Positions 1 to 8,951 are shown, numbered from the stretch's first letter. The stretch is DNA of 38,887 bases from an uncultured Methanosarcinales archaeon (GCA_964498515.1 CAZCGV010000003.1:1-38887), one strand, 5' to 3'. The notes: generated by a model from the letters alone, not told the origin. Numbers and translations: made by a program.

Positions 1-55
1 CAAACCTTTCGTCACTTATGCATGTTTGACAGCATTTGGTTGGATTCATTTTACA
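1..55. repeat. Terminal direct repeat copy 1 (identical to 38833-38887)
   Basis: The first 55 nt (caaacctttcgtcacttatgcatgtttgacagcatttggttggattcattttaca) recur exactly as the last 55 nt. This is the usual overlap of a circular contig. Confidence 0.95.
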
Positions 56-173
56 CCTCTTTCACATGCTTTTTTCCACATTTACCACACTTGATAAATT
101 TACCGTCATAAGTTCCGAAGTTTAGTTTGCCACAAAATGGGCATAAGTTTAGTGCTTTGAATTTTTTAAACAT
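51..173 (-). CDS. Small zinc-ribbon protein, 40 aa (below the ORF-track cutoff)
   Basis: MFKKFKALNLCPFCGKLNFGTYDGKFIKCGKCGKKHVKEV has CxxC..CxxC. An aggtga RBS lies 5 nt upstream of the ATG at 173. The stop lies 1 nt before the ATG of the next gene across the junction. Confidence 0.55.
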   Translation of the reverse strand: MFKKFKALNLCPFCGKLNFGTYDGKFIKCGKCGKKHVKEV

Positions 174-183
174 TGTTTTCACC

Positions 184-480
184 TTAACCTTTCTCAATCC
201 AGTATCTTTTAATCACATTAGTAGTTTGAGTTTGAAACGCTCCAAGATATCTATCTCGCCATCTAGTAATAAATATCCATCCTACCAATTCCTGGACAAT
301 CGCACTAATAGAATTACTAGAGCATCCTATCTCTGTGTCATATATAACAAGCTTCTCGGATTGTCCAGTTTCGCTTACTACATAATCATATTTCTTTATT
401 CCGAACACCTCGCACATCGGCTTGATTATTTCTAACACTTCTAACCTTTTGCTTTGTAAATATTCCATATCTCTAGCCAT
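184..480 (-). CDS. Hypothetical protein, paralog A of the 26673-26972 product
   Basis: The ATG at 480 follows an aagggtgg RBS (the track start is GTG at 489). About 60% aa identity by eye to the second copy, sharing ETGQSE, IGCSSNSI and WRDRYLGAF. No family recognised. Confidence 0.75.
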   Translation of the reverse strand: MARDMEYLQSKRLEVLEIIKPMCEVFGIKKYDYVVSETGQSEKLVIYDTEIGCSSNSISAIVQELVGWIFITRWRDRYLGAFQTQTTNVIKRYWIEKG

Positions 481-519
481 ACTTACCACCCTTTCTATCT
501 CAATCTATAATTTAGATGC

Positions 520-1080
520 TTACTCATTACCAATCAACTTCATAAACTCATTTACTTTGTTACACTCTATTTGTTGCTTGATTTCTCCTGGTAATGCTTC
601 ATATTCTTTGTCGTTCTTAACAACCGCACGATACGACCTCATGAAATTTGAACTAACTACCGATTGAACTGTATCTAAGTCCATCAGCGCCCAATTTTTT
701 AGTTGTTGTGGTGTTCTTATAACGTCTTGCAACTGCTTCGGTAAAGCTTCGAACTCTTTCTCAGCGTTATATGTGCTGTTACTAATAGCCTTGCTTATCA
801 ATGACCATGCTTGTTGCTCTGTCATTTCTCTTTGTCCGCCTGATTGAATGAACTTAACTTTGTCTATCACTTCCGAGATAGAAGGAGGCCATTTACTTGA
901 TGCAATAAATGCTTTTACTGCAACTTGTACCACTTTAAAATCGTATTCGCTTAACATATCTTGCCATACGTTAACCATTGTAACTATTTCTTGATCATTC
1001 ATACTCTTGGCCCAATTTGGGTAAGTGTGTTTCAAAATCATAATTATTTGTGCTGTTTCAGATTTATTCACCTTGCACAA
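520..1080 (-). CDS. G39P-like replicative helicase loader / replisome-organizer partner
   Basis: The N-terminal region (ETAQIIMILKHTYPNW..VWQDMLSEYDFKVVQVAVKAFIASSKWPPSISEV) resembles the SPP1 G39P loader family. It lies directly after the replisome organizer. Confidence 0.65.
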   Translation of the reverse strand: MCKVNKSETAQIIMILKHTYPNWAKSMNDQEIVTMVNVWQDMLSEYDFKVVQVAVKAFIASSKWPPSISEVIDKVKFIQSGGQREMTEQQAWSLISKAISNSTYNAEKEFEALPKQLQDVIRTPQQLKNWALMDLDTVQSVVSSNFMRSYRAVVKNDKEYEALPGEIKQQIECNKVNEFMKLIGNE

Positions 1081-1864
1081 TCCTCCTCAATACATCTATT
1101 TGCGATTCGTTTTGTTGTTGATTGTTATTTTTAGGTGGGTAAACACTTTTCCACCCATTAAGTATTGCGGTTTCTAATAATTGAATTTGAACATCTACGT
1201 TGATATCTATTTCATTAAGTTTGCTAATTAATAGAGTAATCGCCCTGTCTGTCATAGCTGATTTTAATTTTTTTCTATTTTCAGCAAAATCACATAAAGC
1301 AATTATTAAATTTTCATCTTCAACCTTAGTTCGTATAAATTTTTCTGTTGCATTCATACGAGGTTTTTTAGATTTGTCAGCGTCTTTCTTATCTAAACTA
1401 ATCTCTTCTAAACTAATCTTATCTAATCTAATCTGTGCAGTCACTTGGTTGTCATTTGGTTGACATTCGTCTGACACCTCCACCAAATCATTATCGTCAC
1501 TGCATTCTAGCAATTTATCAAATGTGTAAGCACCGTTTTCTTTAGTCGATAATAAATTAGCTTCATCTTTGTGGACAGTTTCCTTAATTCTATCCCTCCT
1601 AATCGTGTTGTGAATCTTCCAATGCTTAATTACTATGATTCCGTTATCAAAATCAAGAACAAATCTTTTTGCATTTAAAATCTTTAGTTCATCAGGACTC
1701 GCTCCAATCATTCTCAATATTTTCTTAGGATTATTTATAAACCCTTCATCATCAGCCCTCATGCTTAAATGAAAATAAAGCGCTTGTGTAGATAGTGCCA
1801 TATCAAGAAAAGCATCACTGTCAATAATTTTTTTAGAGAACATTCTTTTTTCGGCCATTATCAT
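1064..1864 (-). CDS. Phage replisome organizer (N-terminal Phage_rep_org_N-like domain)
   Basis: RMFSKKIIDSDAFLDM..ALYFHLSMRADDEGFINNPKKI matches the replisome organizer N-terminal family. The ATG at 1858 may be the real start. Confidence 0.85.
   Translation of the reverse strand: MIMAEKRMFSKKIIDSDAFLDMALSTQALYFHLSMRADDEGFINNPKKILRMIGASPDELKILNAKRFVLDFDNGIIVIKHWKIHNTIRRDRIKETVHKDEANLLSTKENGAYTFDKLLECSDDNDLVEVSDECQPNDNQVTAQIRLDKISLEEISLDKKDADKSKKPRMNATEKFIRTKVEDENLIIALCDFAENRKKLKSAMTDRAITLLISKLNEIDINVDVQIQLLETAILNGWKSVYPPKNNNQQQNESQIDVLRRIVQGE
1392..1434. repeat. Three 13-bp direct repeats with 15-bp period (putative origin iterons) inside the replisome organizer gene
   Basis: TCTAAACTAATCT at 1392-1404 and 1407-1419, and TCTAATCTAATCT at 1422-1434. 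Confidence 0.5.
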
Positions 1865-2073
1865 TCACCCTTTAATAAATAATCTGTAGTAACATCCAGT
1901 GCGTTCGATAATTTTATTACCGTCTTACCTATTGGCGCATCGTTGTTATTTTGTTCTAAATTCCTAATAGTGTTAATTGACAACTTTGATTTTTCTGCTA
2001 ATTCCGATTGAGTAAACCCCTTTTGGATTCTAGCTGCTTTTAATCTGTTTCCGAACTTATCTGATATATTCAT
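1861..2073 (-). CDS. XRE-family helix-turn-helix transcriptional regulator
   Basis: LKAARIQKGFTQSELAEKSKLSINTIRNLEQ is a typical HTH_3 motif. It is the first gene after a terminator/promoter junction. Confidence 0.85.
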   Translation of the reverse strand: MNISDKFGNRLKAARIQKGFTQSELAEKSKLSINTIRNLEQNNNDAPIGKTVIKLSNALDVTTDYLLKGE

Positions 2074-2180
2074 AAGCCACCTCCTAAAGATACTTTAACA
2101 TCATTTTGTATACATTGCAATAGTTATTTTTGTATATGGCCACGTTATTTTTACATATGACCATAAATCGAACTTTACGT

Positions 2181-2202
2181 TTTCAACATGCAAATTCTTG
2201 CA
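2181..2202 (-). promoter_or_regulatory. TGCAA-N4-TTGCA operator (2189-2202) abutting a TTGAAA -35-like hexamer (2181-2186)
   Basis: The minus strand reads TGCAAgaatTTGCAtgTTGAAA. The -10 for this copy is poor. A second candidate promoter, TTGCAA-17-TAAAGT, lies further downstream near 2095-2125. Confidence 0.45.
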
Positions 2203-2210
2203 GTTTACCC

Positions 2211-2244
2211 AAAAGAAAAAAGCCACTATTTAAGTGACTTTTTT
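2211..2244 (-). terminator. Intrinsic terminator after the NinB-like gene
   Basis: Stem agccac/gtgact with one G-U pair. The stop codon sits in the loop. A U-rich tract follows on the minus strand. Confidence 0.55.
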
Positions 2245-2778
2245 ATAATTCTGCTCATATATAGCCATCATTTCAGCTATCTCATTAGGTGTTGCAGTTT
2301 CTATACCGAGTTCCTTCGCCTCGCTTATAATACCTTCCAAGAGTACAGAAAACTCTTTGGTGTCGTATGTGCTAGAACCTCTTATAGTCATAATGCCAAG
2401 CCAAGGTTTACCATTAACCAGTACATTTTCTATGATTTCAACTATCTTATAAGCTTTTTTCTTTAAGTCTAAATCACCTTTTGGTATTGCTGAATATTCT
2501 TTGACTCCGTAACGTTCTAGCATAATAAGATAAATCTCTTCACTTGTAGACCCCATTTTCTTTGCTATTTGATCTATTAACGACCACGCCATACCATTTG
2601 CCGACAAACTTCGCCCTTCTCGTTTAACCTTAATTTCCACGCTTATAGGTTTGTCTTGTTTGCATATCTTATCTATGCCGCTGATAACGTTTTCTTCTTT
2701 TGGTACTTCCACCACCAGTTGAAACCCTGGGGTTCTTCCTGGTGGGAAAATACGTGCTATGGTTGTTGTGAATTTCAT
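2230..2778 (-). CDS. NinB/Orf-like recombination mediator (putative)
   Basis: REGRSLSANGMAWSLIDQIA and RGSSTYDTKEFSVLLEGI parallel the lambda NinB blocks RNRSLDQNRKLWACLGDV and GQSTSRMRVGEFAELLELI. Confidence 0.55.
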   Translation of the reverse strand: MKFTTTIARIFPPGRTPGFQLVVEVPKEENVISGIDKICKQDKPISVEIKVKREGRSLSANGMAWSLIDQIAKKMGSTSEEIYLIMLERYGVKEYSAIPKGDLDLKKKAYKIVEIIENVLVNGKPWLGIMTIRGSSTYDTKEFSVLLEGIISEAKELGIETATPNEIAEMMAIYEQNYKKVT

Positions 2779-2781
2779 ATT

Positions 2782-3252
2782 TTACTCCAATAGTTCAGGA
2801 TTGTCGTTAATGTTACCGATAACAGAATAATATTTTAAGCATCCTAATGTAATTTCTTGTTTGCGCCCTTTATTATTCCAAGAATCATTCCATCTATTAC
2901 AAAAAACCGATTCAATCCCCCATCCTATTTCATGCCATATAACTTTATAAATTGATATATCAACTTCACCAGTTTTTTGATTAGTAATTGCATTAACCAT
3001 ATTTGATTCTGATTGCAATATATCGCCCTCGTATATCTCTACGCCACTCTTATCCTTTAACCCTGTGCATTGACCTACTGTGTTGGGGTCTACTTCGATA
3101 AAACTTCCGCTGTCATAACTAATGTAATACTTTCGTTCCGGTACATCATCGTACGATTTGCTTATGTAATCCAAATCAAATAAATAAGCAACTAACCCAT
3201 AAATAAACTCGCCATTATCAACTCTTTTACCTCTAAATTTAATCTTTCTCAT
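2782..3252 (-). CDS. YopX family protein
   Basis: MRKIKFRGK.., TVGQCTGLKDKSGVEIYEGDI and the C-terminal VIGNINDNPELLE are typical of YopX. The start was moved to the ATG at 3252, which follows an aggagg RBS. Confidence 0.85.
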   Translation of the reverse strand: MRKIKFRGKRVDNGEFIYGLVAYLFDLDYISKSYDDVPERKYYISYDSGSFIEVDPNTVGQCTGLKDKSGVEIYEGDILQSESNMVNAITNQKTGEVDISIYKVIWHEIGWGIESVFCNRWNDSWNNKGRKQEITLGCLKYYSVIGNINDNPELLE

Positions 3253-3262
3253 GCCTAACCTC

Positions 3263-3589
3263 CTAAAGATAACTTTTGCCAAACAAATATCTAAAGTGTT
3301 CTCTATCCATTCCGTTGTTCTCTAACCTAACTTGATGCTTTTGTTTAAAATACATATCAAGATGATAATTATCACCATGTACGCCATTTTCTCCGCGGTG
3401 GCAGGATTCACATAGCCATTCTACGCAATTATGCTTAGAACTAAAATTTCGACTACTACCACCATATACATGATGGATTTCTAAATTGTAATAACTTCCG
3501 CACCCCTGACAGCATTTTTCGCCATCAGGGATAGGAGTTTTTACTTTCTTCTGCTTTTTCTTTCCTACTTGTTGCGCTTTAGTTAGCAT
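3263..3589 (-). CDS. HNH-motif zinc-binding nuclease-like protein (NinG/Rap-like role possible)
   Basis: CCQGCGS..LEIHHVYGGSSRN..LCESCHRGENGVHGD shows the CxxC...HH...N...CxxCH pattern. Confidence 0.5.
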   Translation of the reverse strand: MLTKAQQVGKKKQKKVKTPIPDGEKCCQGCGSYYNLEIHHVYGGSSRNFSSKHNCVEWLCESCHRGENGVHGDNYHLDMYFKQKHQVRLENNGMDREHFRYLFGKSYL

Positions 3590-3590
3590 G

Positions 3591-5141
3591 TTACACCTCT
3601 AAAAACTTACTAACAAGAGAGTGTGTATCAATTTCTTTATGCTCCGAGTTCCATTCATCCCAAAACTCAATACTGCGTGAATTTGGTCTTTCTTTTGCAA
3701 GTGATACCTTAACCTTCAAAGGAATAGGAGAAGCGTCGCCGATTAATACACATTCACCTGGATTAAACATAGTTGTTGAATCAATAACACTTTCAGAACC
3801 ATCAGGCAACATGCCTTTAATAATAGATTTGTCATTCTCATTGTTTAACTTCATTACGATAAAATTACCACATTGAGCCAAGATAGTTTTATTAAGTTCT
3901 GAAGGTCTTTGAGTTGCTGGTAATAATGTTAATCCAAACTTACGACCTTCTTTTGCAATGTTTTCAAACACTTCTACCATCCTACGTTCTGAAGGTAATA
4001 GTTGAAAGTTATTAGGAATGTATACGTGTGCTTCATCACATAACATAGTCATTGGTGTGATTTCTTTTTGCATAAGTTTAATATTCCAAACCAATTTAGT
4101 GATACATCCAATAATTTGAATAGCAATATCATTAGGCACTTCTGATAAATCAATGTTTTTAACAGGCTTATCATTTGACATAATAAGGTCAATTAATTCA
4201 AATAAATACGATTGTGGTTTATCTGCGAATAAAAAGTTGTTACGTTCATCTAGTATTAAAGCATCAAACAAATTTACTAAACTTGTAAGTTTTCCATACA
4301 TTGGACCGTTTTTGTATTTTGGCATACCTTTTTTTGCACCCGATGCATATTCTCCGTCGCCAACCTGTTCGTTATCTAGATATTTCAACTCGTTTCTCAT
4401 GATACCGAAATCAAACTCAATAGGCTTATGCTCGTTTGGGTTGCCACAAATACTTCTATAACTTTTCTTAAGCGCTGCCATTTGACTTGTTGACGTTTCT
4501 TCTTTCACTTTTAAAATGTTAGTTGCAATGTCATTAAGTCCGAATAACCAAATAGGGAAAGCAACTTCGCTACCAATTTTAATATTTCTAGCACACGATA
4601 ACTCTGAATATTCACCGTGAATATCAAATATAATTACGTTAGCACTTTTAAGTTTGCTGATTTCTTCAATAACCTTTGCAACTGTTTCAGACTTACCAGC
4701 GCCCGTGTTACCTAGAATAGCAGCATGACGCTGAAATAACTTGTTGCCGTTTACATATGCGTCGGCTTCATAAGAAGCATACTCGCCAATTCTAAAGCCG
4801 TTAGACTGATACGCTGACAACATAGTTTTAAACTCTTCATCAGTTACAAGGCTAATTGTTACGGATGTTGTAGGGTATTGGTCAATAGATTTAACATACA
4901 ATCCATTTTTAAGACTACCAATAATATCACATTCGATATTCTTAAGGTTTGTAAATTCGCCTATAAAGTCCTCTTCTCCAATACTATAATTAGACTCTGT
5001 ATCTGTAATAGATGTCACGGTTGTTATTAATTCAACCGTTCCATCTGATATTTTCATTAAGTCGTTAATTTTAACTAACTCAAATTCCTTTTCGTTGCTT
5101 TTAATCTGAATACTACTACTTGATATTTTTACTAATTTCAT
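3591..5141 (-). CDS. HerA/DUF87-family (FtsK-HerA superfamily) ATPase
   Basis: Walker A is LGNTGAGKSET. FDIHGEYSEL is present. Walker B is LCDEAHVYIP. ATQRPSELNKTILAQCGNFIVMKLNNENDK matches HerA. A ggaggg RBS precedes the start. Confidence 0.8.
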   Translation of the reverse strand: MKLVKISSSSIQIKSNEKEFELVKINDLMKISDGTVELITTVTSITDTESNYSIGEEDFIGEFTNLKNIECDIIGSLKNGLYVKSIDQYPTTSVTISLVTDEEFKTMLSAYQSNGFRIGEYASYEADAYVNGNKLFQRHAAILGNTGAGKSETVAKVIEEISKLKSANVIIFDIHGEYSELSCARNIKIGSEVAFPIWLFGLNDIATNILKVKEETSTSQMAALKKSYRSICGNPNEHKPIEFDFGIMRNELKYLDNEQVGDGEYASGAKKGMPKYKNGPMYGKLTSLVNLFDALILDERNNFLFADKPQSYLFELIDLIMSNDKPVKNIDLSEVPNDIAIQIIGCITKLVWNIKLMQKEITPMTMLCDEAHVYIPNNFQLLPSERRMVEVFENIAKEGRKFGLTLLPATQRPSELNKTILAQCGNFIVMKLNNENDKSIIKGMLPDGSESVIDSTTMFNPGECVLIGDASPIPLKVKVSLAKERPNSRSIEFWDEWNSEHKEIDTHSLVSKFLEV

Positions 5142-5142
5142 G

Positions 5143-5883
5143 CTATCCCTCCATCAATTCTGTATAATTTCTTATACGCGCCTTTTTAATAGACTTGCAA
5201 TAATCACATTTGCCACAACATATCGGCTCTTCTTTACCCAGTTTTACAGCGTTAAATCTTCCGATTTTTGCTCCAACCTCTTCTAGTGCATCATCAAGTA
5301 CACTTTGAGGTATCTGAAAGATATCTAAATCAGTTACCTTCTCTTTAGTAGCAACCGCTAAGTTAAAAGTTAAAAATTGATTCAATACAATTTCAACACC
5401 TTTTTGATAAACGGCCCCTTGAATATCGTAACGCCAATAGTGCATTTTTCTGAAATTAGCAACAACCTTTAAATCTGTAATGCACACACCGTCTATAAAG
5501 CTATCCATTTTCATTTTCCACATAACACCGAATAATTCAAATGTTAAAATACGTTGTTTCTCACCGCTCATAAATTTCATAAATAATGGGTCCGTCTTTA
5601 CTCTTTTAATAATCTCGTTAGCTTTCTTAAATTCTGCTTTAAGTTCATTCTTTTGAGTAAATATCTCAGGGTTTTCATTTTGAAACTCTTGAAGTCTATC
5701 TTCAAAATAAGCATCCACAAAAGAACCCACTAATAACGCTCGTGTCATTGGTCGCTTATACTCACCTTTAATACTGGCAAGCGCCATAGCTTCGCATCTA
5801 TCAAACTCTTTAAATTGAGATACAGAAAAGTATTCTTGTGAAGCTTCAGTGCTAAAATAATTATCATCAGTTATTTTCATCAA
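5143..5883 (-). CDS. PD-(D/E)XK exonuclease (RecE/exonuclease VIII-like, DUF3799-like) with a C-terminal Cys cluster
   Basis: SVSQFKEFDRCEA, VGSFVDAYFE, ITDLKVV and DIQGAVYQ fit the family. The C-terminal CCGKCDYC plus the N-terminal Cys resembles a Cas4/AddB-type Fe-S arrangement. It lies adjacent to RecT. Confidence 0.7.
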   Translation of the reverse strand: MMKITDDNYFSTEASQEYFSVSQFKEFDRCEAMALASIKGEYKRPMTRALLVGSFVDAYFEDRLQEFQNENPEIFTQKNELKAEFKKANEIIKRVKTDPLFMKFMSGEKQRILTFELFGVMWKMKMDSFIDGVCITDLKVVANFRKMHYWRYDIQGAVYQKGVEIVLNQFLTFNLAVATKEKVTDLDIFQIPQSVLDDALEEVGAKIGRFNAVKLGKEEPICCGKCDYCKSIKKARIRNYTELMEG

Positions 5884-6700
5884 CTTTCACCTCTTCCAAT
5901 GTTTCTGCAAATGGGTCAACTACATCAACATTATTAGGATTATCAATATACTTTGGTTCTAATCCGTCGATATTACCATCTGCTACAGATTGGTCAAATG
6001 TTTGAGCTTTTTGCATGTCGACTGACAATACGCCGTATTTAGAAAGTAACTGCTTCAAAACAGTCTTTTTTCCCATAGAATCAAAATCTTGCGACCAACG
6101 ACTAGTGTTCTTATTGTTTCTTTTATCGCTTTTATAACTTTGCGAATACGTATTAGCGTGTTTTTCAACCTCTGCCTTAGTAGCATACAATTGTTTCTTA
6201 AAACCTGCTAGAAGTTCAAAATAAGCAAAATAACCGACAACTTCTCTGTTATCCTCATAACGCATTTTCCATTCTTCGGGGTCTGTAAATTCAAACTTAC
6301 CTGTAAATGGATTGTAACCCTTAAATTCATCAGCGTAAACTTCGGTAACGTTAATAGTTTCATACATACCACTTCTAATAGCTAATTGAACGAATCCTTT
6401 GTACATAATCTGAAATTGTGCTTGCATACCTTTATTTCTATCTTTATACGGAACAATCGCCGAAAAGCCTAAATTAGGATCTATTGGTAAATTCATAGAC
6501 GCAGCAACCATTGCTGATTTTACAACTGTAATCGGTTCACATTCTGCTAAATAGTCACTTCCTGCATAAACGTTAATTACGGATGTAATAAAAGAATCTG
6601 CATTTTTACCTAGCATTGCAACTATTCTGTCTTTGATTTTGTCGGTTTCAAACATCTGTTTAAGAACGTTTCTATTTTTTTTAACTAAATCATTACTCAT
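5867..6700 (-). CDS. recT: RecT-family single-strand annealing protein
   Basis: SVINVYAGSDYLAECEPITVVKSAMVAASMNLPIDPNLGFSAIVPYKD and QFQIMYKGFVQLAIRSG are typical of RecT. Confidence 0.9.
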   Translation of the reverse strand: MSNDLVKKNRNVLKQMFETDKIKDRIVAMLGKNADSFITSVINVYAGSDYLAECEPITVVKSAMVAASMNLPIDPNLGFSAIVPYKDRNKGMQAQFQIMYKGFVQLAIRSGMYETINVTEVYADEFKGYNPFTGKFEFTDPEEWKMRYEDNREVVGYFAYFELLAGFKKQLYATKAEVEKHANTYSQSYKSDKRNNKNTSRWSQDFDSMGKKTVLKQLLSKYGVLSVDMQKAQTFDQSVADGNIDGLEPKYIDNPNNVDVVDPFAETLEEVKVDENN

Positions 6701-6701
6701 A

Positions 6702-6923
6702 CTATTCCAGCCCCTTCACAACCCTACACCCAAAACACTTAGCAATCTCCACGATATCTAAACAACTTAGAGATATAACCGATTCCACTTCTTCTTCTCC
6801 ATCAACGGCAGTTAAATATAAATCAACATACCCGTTATCAGATGGCTCCGATGTAACTTTTTTAGTAACGCTAAATTCTTTTGGTGTTCCTTCGTTAAAT
6901 ATTTGTTCGCTTAATATTACCAT
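6702..6923 (-). CDS. Hypothetical protein (73 aa)
   Basis: Tightly packed ORF in the early operon. No motif recognised. Confidence 0.55.
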   Translation of the reverse strand: MVILSEQIFNEGTPKEFSVTKKVTSEPSDNGYVDLYLTAVDGEEEVESVISLSCLDIVEIAKCFGCRVVKGLE

Positions 6924-6936
6924 AACTTACCCCTTT

Positions 6937-7125
6937 CTAATCTAAATAACTCTTTCTACAATGACTACAACTCGTTATTACCTGCGTATTACACTTTTCT
7001 TCTGAATATTTCTCCAGGATATCTTCGTGACAATTATTGCATCTTCCGTCTTTTGGTATCCACATTGTTTTATCGTTTAATATGCAATGCTGATATTGTA
7101 ATTCTAGTTTCGTGTACTTTTTCAT
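6937..7125 (-). CDS. Small Cys-rich (zinc-ribbon-like) protein
   Basis: CNNCH..CSHC in 62 aa. Confidence 0.55.
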   Translation of the reverse strand: MKKYTKLELQYQHCILNDKTMWIPKDGRCNNCHEDILEKYSEEKCNTQVITSCSHCRKSYLD

Positions 7126-7129
7126 AAAC

Positions 7130-7498
7130 TTAACCTTTCTTTTCGTCTTTCTTCATTTGTTCAAACAATGCAGATTTAACGTAAGCCGCCAAGCTTATAC
7201 CTTTTCTATCTGCATATTCTTTAGCTTTATCTTTAAAGCCTTGTGCGCAAGTCATTTCAATCTTTTCTGTGTTCGTTTTTACTTTTGTAGACTTGGGTTG
7301 GTTTTCGTTATGGTATTTTCTGTGGCATTTTTTACAAAGCAACATAATGTTGTCTGTTTCATCAGAAAACTCTGGAAAGTCGCATTGGTGTAAAATGTGG
7401 TGCATGTGTAAATCTTTATCAGACCCACAATTACAACAAACGTTGTTATATTTACCAAATATAAATTCTTTCATTTTAACCTTATCTTCAATCACCAT
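7130..7498 (-). CDS. HNH endonuclease fused to a C-terminal ribbon-helix-helix (Arc/CopG-like) domain
   Basis: The HNH part is CCNCGSDKDLHMHHI..NIMLLCKKCHRKYH. The C-terminus, IEMTCAQGFKDKAKEYADRKGISLAAYVKSALFEQM, has a strand-helix-helix pattern. Confidence 0.7.
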   Translation of the reverse strand: MVIEDKVKMKEFIFGKYNNVCCNCGSDKDLHMHHILHQCDFPEFSDETDNIMLLCKKCHRKYHNENQPKSTKVKTNTEKIEMTCAQGFKDKAKEYADRKGISLAAYVKSALFEQMKKDEKKG

Positions 7499-7500
7499 TG

Positions 7501-7728
7501 TTAGTTGTTACCTCCAAAATAAATATAATCCAGCGTTACATTAAAAATTGATCGGTACAGTTTCGCCATGTTAATCGACATTGGTTTGTGACCTTGCTCC
7601 ATCTGTCTAACATATGTAGGTTTAACATTTAACCTTTCAGCTAATTCCTCTATTAACCACCCTTCACTTTCTCTTAAAATCCTAATTCGTGATGCGATTA
7701 AAAATGTCTCTCTTCCAGCTTTACTCAC
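7501..7728 (-). CDS. Cro/XRE-like HTH regulator, first gene of the early operon
   Basis: GTG start after a ggag RBS. The HTH is IEELAERLNVKPTYVRQMEQG. Confidence 0.8.
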   Translation of the reverse strand: MSKAGRETFLIASRIRILRESEGWLIEELAERLNVKPTYVRQMEQGHKPMSINMAKLYRSIFNVTLDYIYFGGNN

Positions 7729-7752
7729 GTTTCCAACTCCTTTCGTACCTCT

Positions 7753-7781
7753 AGTATATTCCTATTTCGGGACAAAGTCAA
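7753..7781 (-). promoter_or_regulatory. SigA-type promoter of the early operon
   Basis: The minus strand reads TTGACT (7776-7781), a 17-nt spacer, then TATACT (7753-7758). It lies about 25 nt upstream of the GTG at 7728. Confidence 0.55.
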
Positions 7782-7793
7782 CACTTTTTATAC

Positions 7794-7819
7794 TGCAAAT
7801 TTTTGCATGTTTATTGCAA
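7794..7819 (-). promoter_or_regulatory. TGCAA-N4-TTGCA operator (7794-7807) plus an extra TTGCAA half-site (7814-7819)
   Basis: Perfect 5-4-5 palindrome 12 nt upstream of the early -35. Confidence 0.5.
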
Positions 7820-7820
7820 C

Positions 7821-7855
7821 AAAAAAGCACCCCGAGAATTACAGGATGCTTTTTC
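7821..7855 (-). terminator. Intrinsic terminator (ends the lysis-cassette and candidate sRNA transcripts)
   Basis: The minus strand reads aaaaagcatcc-tgtaattctc-ggggtgcttttttg. The stem has 7-8 bp with one G-U pair, followed by a U6 tract. Confidence 0.65.
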
Positions 7856-7951
7856 TATTAAATTTTGTTTGGAAGATTTTACAAGTGTTAGAACTCAGAT
7901 TTGCGGTATCGGTAATTCCCTTCACTCATTTATAAACCAATAATCAAAGAC
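7822..7951 (-). ncRNA. Candidate ~130-nt non-coding transcript between its own promoter and terminator
   Basis: A promoter (7958-7985) and a terminator (7821-7855) bracket DNA with no RBS-preceded ORF. The promoter is a copy of the tRNA-Asn promoter. Confidence 0.3.
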
Positions 7952-7957
7952 AACTTA

Positions 7958-8000
7958 ATTATAGCATATGTGTGGTTTGTTTCAACTGCAAATTATTGCA
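7958..8000 (-). promoter_or_regulatory. Operator plus SigA-type promoter, copy of the tRNA promoter module
   Basis: The minus strand reads TTGCAataaTTTGCAgTTGAAA, a 16-nt spacer, then tgcTATAAT. The operator is 7987-8000, the -35 is 7980-7985 and the -10 is 7958-7963 with an extended TG. Confidence 0.55.
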
Positions 8001-8005
8001 ACACT

Positions 8006-8251
8006 CTAAAATCTTTTAGATTTCGGCAACGACTTTTTAAACGGATGATCATACCCTTTTACGCCGTTGTCGTTAAAAATAGCATACACAGCACCAATAA
8101 CCGCAATTAGCTTAACTGGGTTTTCTACAATGGATACAAGTCCAGCATACACCAAATGCCAACTCGTTAATGATTCAGGATCAATTCCACTTGCTAAAAA
8201 AATAGTTGTTACTAAACCAATCCAAAACATAGGATTTTTAAATTTATTCAT
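8006..8251 (-). CDS. Holin (phage phi LC3 / Phage_holin_1-like)
   Basis: MNKFKNPMFWIGLVTTIFL.., two or three hydrophobic segments and the NDNGVKGYD tail fit the family. The ATG at 8251 follows a ggtgagg RBS. It lies directly after the endolysin. Confidence 0.7.
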   Translation of the reverse strand: MNKFKNPMFWIGLVTTIFLASGIDPESLTSWHLVYAGLVSIVENPVKLIAVIGAVYAIFNDNGVKGYDHPFKKSLPKSKRF

Positions 8252-8252
8252 C

Positions 8253-8882
8253 TTATACCTCACCTTTCTTAATCGCTTCTTGGTATTTCATCCATGCGTG
8301 TTGCGCCCTTGTCAAAGGCTCGTCAGGGTGAAATTTGCCATCGCCATACCCTTTCATGATTCCGTTTTCGAGGCAGTAGTCAATTCCCTTTTCTGCCCAG
8401 TGTCCAGTATAGTCTTTTTCAAATTCAGAAGGATTAGCATCATTAAACCAAGAAGGCCGTTTTCCGTTTCTAATATCTAAAGAAGATAAACCATCATCCA
8501 TTTGGACGTGAGGACCATCGTAAAATGATTTCCAGTTACCACCCCATGTAAGGCCTAGCTTGACCGCTTCTTGACCAATGATTTCAAATAAATCTTTTCT
8601 GGACCATGTAAAATTACCATTTACTTTTGGTACAATATCAACTGCTAAGCCTACATTAGCATTGTGAAAAGTTGGAGTTTTGACATTTGTGATAATTTGA
8701 CCAGCTCTTTTTCTTCCTTGATCGTAATAATATTCTTGAAGTTCGTTGCTTCTGACAGATTCAAAAACGCAAAATTCTACATTGCCTTTTACCCTTTCGT
8801 TACAGGCTTTAAGCAACTTAACAACCTGATTCCTAAACTTCCAGTGAAGCTTGTTTAAATCCGTTATTCTTGATGGTTTCAT
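8253..8882 (-). CDS. Endolysin: peptidase M15 (VanY / L-Ala-D-Glu peptidase-like) with a C-terminal SLH domain
   Basis: The M15 motifs are FESVRS, HNANVGLAVDIV and DGPHVQ. The C-terminal HWAEKGIDYCLENGIMKGYGDGKFHPDEPLTRAQ matches the S-layer homology motif. Confidence 0.85.
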   Translation of the reverse strand: MKPSRITDLNKLHWKFRNQVVKLLKACNERVKGNVEFCVFESVRSNELQEYYYDQGRKRAGQIITNVKTPTFHNANVGLAVDIVPKVNGNFTWSRKDLFEIIGQEAVKLGLTWGGNWKSFYDGPHVQMDDGLSSLDIRNGKRPSWFNDANPSEFEKDYTGHWAEKGIDYCLENGIMKGYGDGKFHPDEPLTRAQHAWMKYQEAIKKGEV

Positions 8883-8904
8883 TTAATCACCTTCCTTTTA
8901 CCAT

Positions 8905-8913
8905 ATTATATCA
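8905..8913 (-). promoter_or_regulatory. Extended -10 element (TGaTATAAT) upstream of the endolysin
   Basis: The minus strand reads gtgaTATAAT immediately after the 8919-8942 terminator. No good -35 was found. Confidence 0.4.
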
Positions 8914-8918
8914 CAAAA

Positions 8919-8942
8919 TAAAAAAGACGCCATTACGACGTC
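8919..8942 (-). terminator. Intrinsic terminator
   Basis: The minus strand reads gacgtc-gtaat-ggcgtc followed by tttttt. Confidence 0.6.
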
Positions 8943-8951
8943 AGAAGGTGA